From: Marsupella aquatica
Lineage: Eukaryota > Plantae > Marchantiophyta
Direction of reading: 5' to 3'
Length of the DNA stretch: 64,000 bases
Assembly: GCA_973895155.1 (NCBI GenBank)
Contig: OZ316898.1
Span: 1,304,751-1,368,750 of the forward strand
Position 1 is the first letter of the stretch. Each line of letters begins with the position of its first letter. The position numbers and the translations under genes are program-made. This document shows positions 1 to 13,759 of this stretch, piece by piece. Under the pieces are notes generated by a model. The model had not been told where the DNA came from, did no database searches, and saw only the letters and a list, made by a program, of their open reading frames with translations.

Positions 1-734
1 TTTCTAGCTTAGTGACCTCGTATGACACGCCCGGTCAAGAGTCAATCTCTTCCCCCCAATGACAGCCTTTTTCTCCTTCTGGATTACGATCGGAAACGAC
101 CTACCCAAGACGTGGCTGTGTTCTAGCTGCACGACCTTATCAAGAAGTGGCATCAAGTCACCCGTCATGCTGTCTCTTACCAATTGACAACTTATTGAAG
201 CTCCTGGAGTTTCTATTGACCTAAGAAGCATTTGTGTCGGATTCCGGTCTTTTTATTTGTTCTGCTGACGGATAGATTGTCAGAGGACTGTGGACGACAA
301 CTTTGACAACTCACGCATAGAATTAGTGAATGAATCGATTCTGGAGTCCACAGATCCGCAACTGTGCCACGGACAGAGATCACAAGATGGTATAGCAGTA
401 AAGGTATTGGAAAGCCAAATGCTACGAGAAGGGTAACACAATGAGTAATAGAGCCAACAAATAGGTACTGATTGCTCTCTCTTGTCATGGTTGGAATTAA
501 TGTCGCTACACCTGTCTGCTCTTCTTGGGAACAGAATCTCTCCGCGGATACAGGAAGCCGCTTAAACAGAGATGGGAAGAAGACACTTCACTTTGTGTGT
601 TATAATTCTTGGAAGGACGCTAGCTAAGGAGGGGTAGATCCTGCGTTGGTAAGACGCTCTTATTCTCTGGATGCAAAAGAATTCAACTCGGAGTATCTGA
701 TTTGTCGGGTGTGGTCTTGGCTCTTCAATGGCAG

Positions 735-2445
735 GGAAAGTATCGCACAATTCTATGGCTATCCATCATATACAGCATTGGAAACTGTGTCTTGTCAGCT
801 GCTGCTTTACCCGACACGGACTCGGGCTTTAATTCGCTTGCATTGTGGATGACAACCGCTGGATTGCTTCTCATAGCCCTGGGCACTGGTGGAATCAAGC
901 CCTGCGTCTCGGCATTCGGAGGAGACCAAATTGAGTTAGGCTTGCCGGAGGGACCCATCAAGGAAAGGCTCCAGAGGCAGTTTTTCTCAATGTACTACTT
1001 TGCTGTGAATGCAGGGGCACTCATTTCCACTCTTCTCACCCCAGTGTTGAGAACGGATCTCTCATATTCTGTTGCATTCAGTGTGCCTGCTGCTCTGATG
1101 ATCGTCGCCGTGGTCATATTTTGGGCGGGAAGTCGCCATTACATTGACAGGAAACCGGAGGGCAACGTGTTTGGCCAGGTTGGGAGTGTCATTTATGATG
1201 CTGTGAAATTTAATTTGTTTCCATCAGCTCGAGCAAGAGCGAATTCCCGGGAAATTGACGAAGAAACGCACCTTTTGGAAAACAGCGAAGGTGCAGCAAA
1301 TCATGGAAAATCTATGAAATGGTTAGATCCAGCGAAGCGAACTCAGGGGGCGATTATGGTGGACGATGTCAAGTCTTTACTGGCGGTTGTCGTCGTCCTT
1401 CTGCCTGCTCCTTTGTTCTGGTCTCTCTCTGATCAGCAGTCTTCCAAGTGGGTGTTCCAGGGCAGTAGCATGAATAGGAAAATGCCATGGTGGGTGGGTG
1501 GCGTTGTGGTCGAAGAAGATCAAATGCAGGTATGTAGCTCTAGCATGCCTGCTTTGTAGGTGACAGCAAATATGACAGTCCTATTTATTTGTAGGCTCTG
1601 TCGTTGTTTAAACAGGCAACCTCTTCATATTCCTTGTTTCTGTGATGTGATTTGCAGGCCTTGAATCCAGTTCTTGTTCTGGGCATGATTCCTATCTTTT
1701 ATCAAGTCATCTATCCATTTTTTGAGAGGAGAGGGTGGCCTTTGAAGCCCATTCCTCGCATGTGGCTCGGTATCGTCCTGAGTGCGGTTGCCTTTATTAT
1801 CTCTGCCTTGTTACAAATATGGATAGACCTAGGAGGAGAGGCAATATCTATTTTATGGCAGATACCACAGTATATCATAGTTACGGCAGGGGAGATATTG
1901 TTCAGCATCACAGGTTTAGAATTTGCGTACTCTCAAGCTCCAGAGTCGATGAAGTCGGTGGTCCAGGCCGTGTGGCTCCTCTGTGTGGCTGCGGGTAAGT
2001 ACATATGTCATTAAGCATTGAATTCCGTTGGGAGCAAACTTAGAGCAGCGTTTTCGCTTCCGGTTTGCGTGAAGATAGTTTATACATAAACATGGACGTT
2101 TTGGTTCGAAGTCCTAGGATTTCTCTAGAGCAATTAGTTGAAGTTTAAATCTTCCTGTACACTTCAAGCGATGGAATAAGTTTAGGTGGGAATCTTCTCT
2201 GATGTAGCTCAATGCACTAAAATTTAGGATATGTGCTGTTCTGAACTGCAGGAAATCTGGTCACAGTCATCATCATTGCCATTATTGGGGACAGTCTTTC
2301 AGCAGCGAATGAGTACTTCTTCTTTGCATTTTTGGCTGCAATTGCAACCCTGGTGATGATCTGGCTGGGTTCTGGTTTTGAATACAAGCATGAGGTTGTG
2401 GCAAAACCTTCGTCAGATTTATACGAAACTCCCAAACTTCAATGA
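735..2445 (+). CDS. POT/PTR-family proton-dependent oligopeptide transporter (SLC15/PepT-like), 3' exons only: 735-1529, 1658-1994, 2252-2445; 5' exons not identified in window
   Basis: Motifs GKYRTILWLS, GTGGIKPCVSAFGGDQ, FFSMYYFAVNAGALISTLLTPVLR, WQIPQY and GLEFAYSQAPESMKS. GT-AG introns join the exons in frame. Stop TGA at 2443-2445. Confidence 0.92.
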
Positions 2446-3766
2446 CGTTTTAGATTTCCAATTCATGGAAAGACTTAATCAGACATTTCAACTGCCTTAC
2501 ATCACCAGTGTAGTGTGGTAGGATTTAGTTACCACCCTTGGACAGGCTTCTTGAACTGTCATTATATTGTATTCTTTCAAATTGGGAAAGAATCCCTATG
2601 GCTATAAAGAGTCGAATAAAATGACTTGAATCTCTATCAGTTTAAGCGATGGATGACGTGCAGCAAATGATCACCTGCCCTCCACCACCTTGCCAGGGGG
2701 CAGACCGTTCTCTACTTGTTTGGCCCCAGCATTGTGAACGGTGGCTTGTCTCAGTGTCAGCGTAATTAAAAACGTTGGTGTTAGAAAGTTGTACTGTGGT
2801 GAGCCGATTGTCTTCCCCACGCATCTGGGCACTGAGTAAGTTTGAAACGAGGAATCAGTTTTGCTTTGTAGTACATAATCTAATATTCACCTAAAAGCCT
2901 ATTTCCCTTGCGTCTCTTGACTAGTAGTAGCTGCCATCTAGTCTCATTGCCGTGTGAATTTACACCAGGCTGTATTGAAGCTGTGGTCCAACCACTTTTC
3001 AGTGCAATCTACATCGAACAAAAATTACCACCCTTACCGCATGCCATCACCTTTGCAGTGCTATGTTCATTAAAAATATGTCACTGCATTCCATCTTCTT
3101 CGCGTTCGTTATGCCTCGTCCATTTTACAATCTTATTGGGAGAACAGAATTGTAGTTGTACTGAACCCAAAGACATAAACTTGGAGGCAAAGCTCTTGCC
3201 TCCAACTACACCTTCCAGGTAAAAAAGAAATTGCCATATTTTCTGTCTCAATTGAAGAAGACTTAATATGATTAACAAGCACCCAAATGGTATGTTGCGC
3301 GTCAGGTCTACCATCACAGAATTTGATGATGATAAGCTACCGTCAGGGTCCTGTGATGGCTCTATATCTTCCTAGTTTTGCTTTCAGTAAAGCCGGTTTC
3401 ACACATTTTCCTTCTCCGAACCAGGCAGACGAATTAGTTAAGAATTGTAGACCGTAGCTTTAAACAATTTTACAAATGATGGATTGCAGAAGCTCTGCAA
3501 TATCCAAACTTTATTACTCTCGGCAAAAACATTTTGCAGCAGCTTTTGCTGCACATATCAAAAACTATTAACAGGTATTACCCATAAGGTGTTTATGCTT
3601 AGACAAGCCAACATCTCCAACTGATTGTTCCGAGAAAATCAAGGAGACGGTATCTACATGCCAGCCGTGCAAGCAATCACCATCAGATGGAGAGTATCTT
3701 CAGTGAAACGAATTTCTCCACCTGAAACACGTTTCGAACCAGCTACAAGACAACTCTCTCAACAGT

Positions 3767-5570
3767 TTACAAAGCCCCCGCCTCCTTCAGAAGTGGAACC
3801 AGGTTCCCACTCTTGTTCTTGGCGACGGTCGCTGCATTTGAAGCAATGGAGTAGTTAGATACATCATTCAACCCATCCACCTGAGGTAGAGAATTAAAGT
3901 CAAACTTTTCTCAAGATTTTCAACAGTATTTTGGACAAGTAGGACGTTATAAAAAGCAAGCTGCAAGAATGGTAAATTCATCAGAAGCCCATCACATGCA
4001 TATCTTAATACAAGCTATCGCAAAGATACCCAGTCCAGGCCGATTTCAAATACTTCATGTAGTCTAATCCGCGCACGTACACGCGGAGCAACAGGAAAAA
4101 GACCCATTCAACAAAGTTCGAAGTTTCTCACCGTCGCATCCACCTATGTGCTTCCCTCCAATGAAGACGCTCGGTACAGTTTGCTGTCCGGTCCATCCTG
4201 CGAGAGCGGTCTGGATGTCACTCCCGTCACCTGTCATTAGCAATTTCATCAGACAATAACTGTTAACATCACTTGCAGACGAAGGCCCTCCATTAGTCCT
4301 GTCTGAAATCAGTGGACACTGCCTTCACGAGCTCTAGAAGCTGACTGAAGCGAAAGTAGCCTCCAATCGTCAGAACTGTTTTGCGAGAAACGACATCAGA
4401 ATTTCAGAAGCAAAAGAACAATACACAACTTAAGAGGATAAATATTCCCTACCGTAGTACTCACGATGTACTACGGAGACATTTTCTAACATGAATCACA
4501 GAAATACATGAATCTACAGAAATACAGACAGTGTCACGGAGGTAGTAGCGCATACCTTCAATATCAAGCTCGAGAACTTTTTGCTTGGCGCCCAACTTAG
4601 TCAACAAGTCCTTCACTTTGTGGCAGTAAGGGCAGTAACTCTTGCTGTACAGCATAGACAACGGTGTTTTGTCAGTGTTTGGGCGAAAAGCTGTAAAAGT
4701 GGACTAGATTTCTGTTGAAATGCCGAAACTTTAGCAACTTCCCAACGACGCTAACGGCGGCACACCAAGAGAAAATTAAGCAGCAAGATCACAACACATT
4801 AAGAACTATGCCGAGTTTGTCCGGTTCATTTTAATGAATGCTCATTCCCGAACAATCACAACACATCTAGAAGTCAACTATCACACATCAACTTTCCCTT
4901 CCCTTGAATGCAGATTTCACTGTTTGTTCATTGATTTCCATTTCTTATGCACCCTTAACACACGGCGACCGCTGCAAGTTCTCAGTTACAAAGTGGCCCC
5001 AAGAACACAAGAAGATACGACAGGACAGGAGAGTTAAGTTTTCTCGAAGTGTTCTTTCATTCATTTTGTCTCGTTGACCAGCTGGCCAAAATCGTCACTG
5101 TATGATGGTTTGCGGGATATCTAATGGAACAAAAGCTGAAGCAGCTGTATCCGATCTCATTCTAGGATTATCCCATAAAATCTGTTGTGCATGTGATGAT
5201 CCACCATACTACTTCGTCTATATTGCATCCAAGCAGTTCCTTCAGCAGGATGGGAGAACGTTAGCGATGGGAGAACGTTAGCTCACCAACCACGATTCTC
5301 TTGTAAATAGGTCCATAAACTCCTCACAGCTTCTCTTCCAAACACCAATTCTCTATCCAAGCAAACGAGAAATCCATCCAAAAGTCCACTGTATTCTCCC
5401 ATCTCGAGACCATCATGCAGAACGTATCTTCCAAAAGCTAAACCAACCCGAAGAAGGAAACGAAGGAGAACATCCAGAGCGACCCAAAGCAAGGGAGAGC
5501 GAGAGACTCACCTAAACACAACCACGGGGTTCTCAGAAACCAGAGTCTGAGCCTTCACTAGAGCCGCCAT
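3767..5570 (-). CDS. Class I glutaredoxin (CPYC active site); exons 5570-5512, 4644-4556, 4230-4132, 3831-3767
   Basis: Spliced product MAALVKAQTLVSENPVVVFSKSYCPYCHKVK...TGQQTVPSVFIGGKHIGGCDATVAKNKSGNLVPLLKEAGAL*. Carries CPYC, TVP and GGCD motifs, with canonical GT-AG sites. Confidence 0.95.
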
Positions 5571-7093
5571 CTTCCCGCTCCACTAAAATCTCTCCAAATC
5601 TCTCGTTCCCTCTCGACCAACTCACGAGCTCCGAATTCGTCCCTCAGATCACCTCTTTCGAGCTTCGTCTCCTTCTGCTTCTCCTTCTGCTCGTTCTTCC
5701 TCTTGGCTTCACGATTTCGGAAATTTCGAACGTCGAATTGGAGACAATCGAAGCGTGGCTGCGTCCTTTATAAACAGAGCACTTGCGAAACGAGTGAAGA
5801 ATGAGTAATCAGCAGCGCAGCAGAGCAGCCGTGACGAAGGAAAGGAAGGAGCCTCGGAAGTAGACTAGACGAGACTTGAGAGGCAGACCGAAAGCCGTCA
5901 CTCCAGGGAAGAGAAGAGTAGTCCCCCAAGAAGGGGAGGGGCAGACAGGGTCATGGAACCTGACCCGAGACTTCGAAGAAGGTTCACCCCCAAAGGTTCA
6001 TCCCCCCCCAATGTGACTGCGGCTATCCGTTTGCCCTCTGCTTCGACGGTGATCGGAGGGAGGTAGACGATCACAGCAGGCTGCGGACAGAATACAGACA
6101 CGTGTGAGACAGTCTTCCACAATTGAATTCAAGCAACATAATTTATTTAGTTTAGTTGCACCTTTTTTTAATCCAGTGGATGCAAATAACACCTTGTGTG
6201 CGCAGGAGAAGATGCTAGGAGCGTTCCTTGTTTATTTTTTCCTAGATTGATTCATGATCATCAGATCTTCCTAGGTTTGAGGATGACCATTAGATTTTGG
6301 TTAATGGCGTGTGTGGCCAGGTGGGAAACTGGCTAATGGTAGAAAAGAAACTTAGCCGGTTCCTTCCAAAAAGTGGCTAAGACTTTTAGAAGGTGGAATC
6401 TAGCCAATCGTTGCCACTAAAAAAATGATGAGCTCAAGGATTGTTTTTGTGAGTTAGGGGGAAAAAAGGGGAAAATAACCAAGTCACTGAAAAGGGTCAA
6501 ACTAAGTACAATAGAGTAAAAGCAAAGGAGGTCCAACAAGGAAATTATACCACTCAAATGAAGGGGGCAAATTAATTTCAGCCCCAAAAATCTCAAAAGA
6601 GGAAAACAATGTGAGCACTATCTTGGTAATAAATAGCCAATGTATCTACTTTCAAGGGCGAGGGTCTAGAGTGAAGCCTCTAGACCAGCCTCTAGACCCT
6701 ACCTCCGAGTAAGGACAAAACTGGACTTGGAAAATAAGGACACAAGTAATCTCTAAATAAGGACAAAGTGAGGGTGACTAACAAACGGGGATGCGGCAAT
6801 ATATAAGTGGGAGATAGCATAATTTTAAATTTTTTTCCCAGATTTTTGTTGTTTTAGTCCCTATTTACGTTCAAGGATTGTTGTAATCAGGCTAGTAATA
6901 TGTCATCCTATGTACCTGTATGTGAACAGACGATAAGTTAGTTTTGTCAAGTTAAAGTTTAAACAGTTTCAAGTGCATCTACAAATGTAAATAGCAGGCT
7001 CTAAATATGTTCCCATTTGTAATCTTTGATAACCTAAAATTGAAACTTTATCTCCACCATTCTTTGATTTTTACATAGAGAGTATATACACAC

Positions 7094-8371
7094 TTTTTTT
7101 ATACAAAGGGACCAAACAGAGTACAAAAGAACAAACAAAAGAGGGCCCAAGTGGACAAAACCAAACGAAAAAGAAGTGAGCAAAAGGGAATCACTAAACA
7201 CCAAGAAAGAGGAACTAAAAGTAAGAAATGAGCAATAGGGAACCCCTAAAAACCAAGAAAGAGAGACTAAAACTAACCCAAGCGAACCGAGGTCCTCATC
7301 ATTCCTAGCGAATGTGGCAAAAAGCTAATGGTCCACATCAAGGGTCAAAACTAGATCGGCAAGGGGGATTGGAACATCCTCTAGGGGAGCTAGCCGCTGC
7401 GGAGGCACACTAGCACCCACTGTAAGAGATCAACGATAGATGGCCCGAGCTTGAGCACGCTGTAAGGTGACTGAAATGCGTTGGCGAAAGTGCGTGGTCA
7501 AAATAGAAAGCGGGGGTCCGGAGGGACCCATTCGGCCATGAACATCCCGGGCAGCTTGCCGAAGAAGCCCATCAAACTGAGGATGAAGACGCCCAAATAG
7601 CTCCAGAGCAAGGGGGAGGAAGCTGTCGGATGAAGCTCATGCAGCATATTTGGCCTCCTTCGTTGTTGCCGCACGTGACGCTGCTGCCCTTGCCGTAGTT
7701 GCCGTTGTCCCGATGATGTCTTGGCGCAATGGGTTGGCCACCACTACATCTGCCAAAGTACGTTGACCCTCACGGACCATGGTAAGATCCACCCGTAACC
7801 GCTGTGATGGAGGACCAGGTAACTCGAGTACCACCTCCCGCCGCACGCATACCAAAGAGCCAGAGAGAACCTGAGCAGTCGCATTGCGCACAGCGTCGTG
7901 AACAATAATGGTTTCACCTCCCAAATTGCACCGAAGAAGATGGACACCTGTGGCATCACAAGGCTTCCCACAAGTGCAAGAAGGAGGTAAACCTGCAAGA
8001 AGTGGGTGGGGCAGTCCCATACGAAGACGCATGGCTGTGGAGAACTTCGTTGAAGACATCCGCAAATGAGGAATGACTGGATTGGCTTGAAGCCATCCTC
8101 CTGCGCCCTTCCCTCCGGAAGAAAGAATCCGAGCCCGGTCCGTGTCAGGTGCCTCGGAGAGGATGCTGGAAAGGATGAAAGCGTGCATACGCCCAGCGAG
8201 GTCTGCCTGAAGACGAACGGGATCCAAGGATAAAAACTCTTGAAAAGAAGGTAACGCGGCGCAAATGGGATCTGGTAATAATGACCGCGCTGCGTGCAAA
8301 TGTACCTGAAACGGAAGGAAACCCTCCTCTATCTCCATGAGAGATGAAAGTAAAAAAGGACGATTGGACAC
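7094..8371 (-). mobile_element. 5'-truncated non-LTR retrotransposon with restriction-like endonuclease (CRE/NeSL/R2-type RLE clade), decayed
   Basis: The ORF has GAGGWLQANP, FSTAMRLRMG, a CxC..H..C zinc knuckle (CTCG...HLLRC), HDAVR, RVDL..ADVVV and KEAKY. Past the stop at 7637 the frame continues FLPLALELFGRL...RQRISVTLQRAQA. A short A-tail appears as the T-run at 7094-7100. Confidence 0.8.
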
Positions 8372-9112
8372 AACTCTTGTCCTAGTAAGGAATCCATCAT
8401 CTAGCCAATCTTTGTGCGGCCCTCTGGTTTCTTACCAAAGGTCTTCTGGCCAGGTTATTGAGGTTGAGGTCAAAGGAAAAGATGGGGTTCTATAGCTTTG
8501 ATGTCTAGTTCATTTTTTCCAAAAATTAAAAAACCAACCAGGTCAGCTGTAAGGGAATCTTCTCTAGTTTCTCAACTTTTTGGGAGGAATATTAGGGTAG
8601 TGTTCCTCAAAGCGATTAGCCCCTTAGCTTCCCAGGATCTTGATCTGAGCCATTTGTTATTCCAGGGCATCCCTCAAGTTATGGGCTATGGGCAATAGAA
8701 CTGTCCAGTCTGCTTTTTGTGCTACTTTTTGTGCGCTTCACTGAAACTTAGACTATTTGAGGAGTTCCTGAACTTGGAGGCGGCATTTCCACCCATATCT
8801 TCACTTGTAGCACTGGGAGGACTGAAAATTATGGTTGATTGATTCCAAATGCATCTGAAGAATGTATGACGATATAATGCTCACTTGCAAAACGGAACCG
8901 CCCTCACAAATTCGCTCTCACAAATAGCCAATGGAGACCAATATATTTTTTGTTTAATCGAAATCTCCAGTTTAGTATGACGGTACTTAGGATCTTGGTT
9001 TGCCTGTCCCAGGCCGGTGTGGACTGTCTTCTACTTACAGGGGTTTGACTGCTACAATGATGACAGGAAACATTGTTACTACCTCACTACACGAATTATG
9101 CTTCATACTTGC

Positions 9113-12100
9113 CTATGTACGATTGTACCTACTGGTGTATCCATCCTCCTTATCCTCTTGTCGTTTCTTCATCCTGCAAATTGATCACCATTACAGATAG
9201 GCAGAACCTTAGCTCCTGAAAATTTCCACAATCTCAAGACCCAATAATTTGTAGGAGTTGTTTGACATAATTGCTTGTAGATCATATACTTCACTGTCAG
9301 ACAACAATCACTTGTCTGCATTTGATCGATGAAACTAACCTGGCATTTCGTTCCTCTCTGGCGTCCAGAGCTATTGCTTCTTTATCACTTAGAATTTCAA
9401 TGTGGGGTTCAAAAAGGTCCCACTCATTTCTCCTCCTGCCCATTTTGACGCATGATAAGCATTGGCACGGCCAGAAGCGCAAGACAGGCAGATGATAGGT
9501 CCACATGGTACATCCAAGCCCGAGCGTAAATGACGATACTTTAGATAGCAAGACTTCAATACCTGACTATGCTGATCTTGCTGTTTGGGCGTCTCATCAG
9601 GTTTACAGCAAATGTACCCACAGCGCTACATAAAGAAACAACATAGATATCAACAACTGGAATGCAAGCCTAACCCATAGAAGATGTATTTTCAATTGGG
9701 AGGTCCGGAAATAGTATCAGTGACTGATGTACACAAATCATCACTGTACAAATGAGCTGCACAAAAGGAGTAAATAACATCGGGAGTGAGAAGACCCTGC
9801 AGAAACACTGAAAACAAACCTTGTTGTTGGGATGAAGTCTGATCCCCTGTCCCGCCTTGCTTTCTTGCTAATCCTGGTTTCTCGCCCGGAAGCAATATTC
9901 TGCTTAGCTATCTGTAGGACCGAACACAAACTAAGCAATGATGCATATTGAAAAAGAAAAACGAAACAATGAATCACACTCAATCGTCCAATCTCGCTCA
10001 CTACAGCTGCTGATCTCAGGACACTTATCAAGCAACAAATTTGCTGTAGAGAAATACCTCGTAAAGTTGTTCTCGAATTGAGATCGCAATGGCGGGCTGT
10101 TAAGAAGCAATAGATCACCGTTAGCCCACTTCCTCAAAGCTACTACCTGTCCCAGATACAGTGAACAGTGATCAACGGAGGCAAGTTATTGGAGAGTTGT
10201 GGATGACATGTATGATTAGATGATTGTGATTTAAGAACAATGTATTCTTTCAAAAGATTGTATTCCTCATATCATTCCTTCGACTCAGTTGGTACCATTC
10301 AAGCAAGGGTCTCATTTTTCCACTCATCGTCCAAACCCTCAAGACAATTAGAGTGCGCTATAAACAGCTCCGAGATTAAGCCCTGTTATGGCATACACAA
10401 ATGGCTCGACAGAAATTCACTTGCCTCTGCGATCAGTGGGGGACAAGGCGAAGTGCAGACGTGCTATTTTAGGCCAACCTACTTATTAGATAGAGCGTGC
10501 ACTAACTCATTACAATCAACTAGGAAGATAAGTATCTTATACTTACTGCAACTTCGGCATCTTCTAGCTCAAGGTCCTTACACAGTCCTCTGGCAAATCC
10601 CTCTGGATCGCTGTTAAAATTGTTCACATCCTGCACAGGGTACCTGTAATAGTTAGAAAGCAAACGGAACCTCATCCAATCTAATGAAGGGTCAGCTAAT
10701 GTGACCGTGGATGATGGATGCAGTCCTTCATGGAGGAAGGAAATAAGACACTTTCATGCGCTTAGTGTCCGGCTACCACACACGAGGACCGAAAGAAACG
10801 GAATCAAAGCACAGTTTCGAAATGTACTCAAACAGACTTTCAATCAAGCCTCATAACCCACCCAGAGGAATTGATCGTGAATGACTGTGTTGTTGACTCT
10901 CAAGTCCAACTGCCAAAATCCACAATAGAAAATTACTAATCCAGAAAAACTTGCGAAATATCAGTGACCATCCGCTTGTCACAAACACCTTCCGAGCAAT
11001 AGGGCATGCTTCATTGAAACACTTTCCTTACATCGCACCAATCCAACGTCAATTTGTTTGAGAATTGTTATCCACAGATAGGTGATGTGTCAAGAAAGCT
11101 GATCAAGTCTAAAAGTGGCCTCTTAGTCTAGATTCAAGATATGCTTGGCGAGGCAAATGCGAGGGACGAGACTTGGAGAACTATCGACCATTATATTGGC
11201 CAACACGACCTTTGCTTACCCTCAATGTTTGGACTCGTTCTTCAGTGCTCATCTCTTGCGATTCGAAAGAACGGAACTCAGCTATTTGGGTCTGCAAAAG
11301 ACCGACCACCAAGGAGATATCGTCATTCAGCGTTCATCCGCGGGTATGGCAGCTCGATCTCCTCATCAGGCATCAGAGTTGATTACACTTATCAAATTCA
11401 CAGGCTCAAGAAACAGAACCTAAACTCTCCTCAACTGGATATGACAAGTGTTGACAAACGCAAAGCACTTCAAAATAGACATTGTAATTGTCGCATTCAG
11501 TGAGTCTCATCGATGAAACTGTTTAACAATAGTTACTTGCAAATTAAGTTCTCATCGCTCGGGCTGATTTTGATCGAAAGGCAAAAAGGGACTCAAAAAT
11601 CAATCACCGGGGTCCGAAATGACCTGCATGGCTTGCCCGATAATTGGAGTGAACCCAGCGGGAAGATTTAAGTCTTTCGTCATTCGCCTAACGAAAGGAA
11701 AGACTTCAGTGTCTGGGTCTGCAGAGAAAGCCGATCATCGAGTTTAAGAGAATCTTTTTCTACTCTCAAAAGAATTTGTCATAATCTAAGCACTGACCAA
11801 TAACATCAGCTACAAGTCTCGATAACAGCCAGGACGTCAAACAGGACAGACAAATGTACGTTGAAGAAGTAAGATAGGAGGCGCAAAGCCATCCTGGTGA
11901 ATAAAACTACCCGCCTACCATCAGCGTTCCATGTAAATGCATCCTTCAGCCTACGGTTCTCGAACTCAACGTCTATTCGCATTGGAATCAAGTTTTCTGC
12001 AGAAGGCCTGAGAGCAAAGCACCCAGCTCGTCAAGTTCATGAATATACATGGAATAAAAACGATGAACTCAATTCAACTCAAAACCTTAAAAACTTTGAT

Positions 12101-12565
12101 TAAATTTGAAAAGTTTATTAGTCCTTCCCTACAATTTCAAAGAATTTTGAAAATGAGAATCTCAGCACAGACTGAACTTATGCAGTACACTTTTTGGCAG
12201 CACTTTCATACATAATTTGAACCAGTCACGCTTAAATCGAAGTTGATTAGGACGAGGGCATAGTAACCCCGAAATGCTGCAGCCCTAGTTTTCTTCCCCC
12301 ACTCACAGACCACGCTACAACATACGACAGGGGATCCAAAAGACCTAATCCTGCAGCTCCCAGCTCCCAGCTGCTTACTACCTCCCAACAACCAAGGTAA
12401 GAAAGAAAGAAAATCCACCCGATAAACAATCCTGTTACGCGCTCAGTGCCTGGGTCTCCGAAGAAGACGCCAGCAAGAGAGTAGAGCAAAATGATGCAGA
12501 ACATACATGCGAAACTTGGTGAAGACAGGGCGGGACGTGCCCGGCGGCGTTTGTTTCACCGTCAT
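9113..12565 (-). CDS. BSH: SWI/SNF complex subunit SNF5/BUSHY homolog, multi-exon
   Basis: Exons translate to MTVKQTPPGTSRPVFTKFRM / PSAENLIPMRIDVEFENRRLKDAFTWNAD / PDTEVFPFVRRMTKDLNLP / TQIAEFRSFE / LDLRVNNTVIHDQFLW / DVNNFNSDPEGFARGLCKDLELED / PAIAISIREQLYE / IAKQNIASGRETRISKK / EWDLFEPHIEILSDKEAIALDAREERNAR / MKKRQEDKEDGYTSRYNRT*. This is collinear with plant BSH. Confidence 0.92.
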
Positions 12566-13759
12566 GTCTTCCTCCCGTGCTACCGTCCTCTACAGCAATT
12601 TCGACGCAAACATGTCGAGACTAGAGTAGTAGCGGAACGAAAACCCACATCTCTCTGTCAGTATGTACAGTACCTCGACGGTGCAAGCATTCAACGAAAT
12701 CCACAAATTTCGCAACATTGCTCTCAATCCTTACGGAAAAATACGGGTGCTAAAGTCGAATAGTGGTGACCAGGAGGAGGGTACAGTTCGTCAGTGTGGA
12801 CGACTAAACCCCGGTTCGCGGTTTGCAAAAACCAATGCAGCTCAACCTGGGGTTCCCCTCACACAAATGCTATTCGGTACCACTATCTCCACACTTTAAT
12901 ATGCAATCTGGCCAATTCTCTTCCATACAAAACATAGAAGCGTGGCAACTTGGGTATTCACTATATGAGATTGTTTTGTAATAAGGAGTTTTCCCTAAAG
13001 TTCTGCCTCTCTTGCTTGCGGTGGTTAAATTTCTGGTTTAGCTTCCTTTCTTTGGTTGGTTTCCAGCTCACCCAGTTTTTGGCTGCATGACCTTTGGTCC
13101 TCTGGGGTGCTGACCCCCTTTTGTGGGCCACCCCTGTTATATGTTGGCTTTTCGAATGTAATTCAATTGATTTTTCCTAGGCAAAAAACAGAGTTTCTCC
13201 TGAAAGCATCCCATGAAAAGATGGGCTACTCACCTTGTAACTTTAAATATGGGTTACCTTAAAAATAGAGCATGAAGCCCAGATAGACATGGCTGTGTCT
13301 AGGTCTCAAATGTTGGATTGACTCCTCATTTTCTGTGGGGTTCACAGATTTTCCCTTAAAATTAAAAAAAAATTAGAGCATGAAAATAAGTTTTAGTCAA
13401 AAGTCAGGGGAATGTAACAAAATGATTCAAGGGCAGCAACATCTCGCCCCTCACATGGTCCATGGTGAGGCTCCTTTGCACTATTGCCACTTCTGCTTTG
13501 CTTGACGTCACCCTGCTGCAAGGATTGATACTGCTGCCGGACCTTGCCTTGATGCTCAATGTCTTTGGATGTGAATGCCAACAAGAAAGAGGGTGACCTA
13601 GGTTTGCCACCCTCCAAGTTCATTTTGGCTTTTTTGCCTTGTATTTCACTCTCATATAGCTATATGGTGAACCCACCTTTCAGATTTTGTCTTATTCAAA
13701 GTTTTGGTGTCATATATTTTTATTTCAATGTGCCTTATCAAGGGGCAGCCTGTGTATAA

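Noticed and set aside
6661-6700. Hairpin AGGGTCTAGAG...CTCTAGACCCT resembling the transposon palindrome variants
   Set aside because: Different spacing and core, a single occurrence, and no associated element ends.
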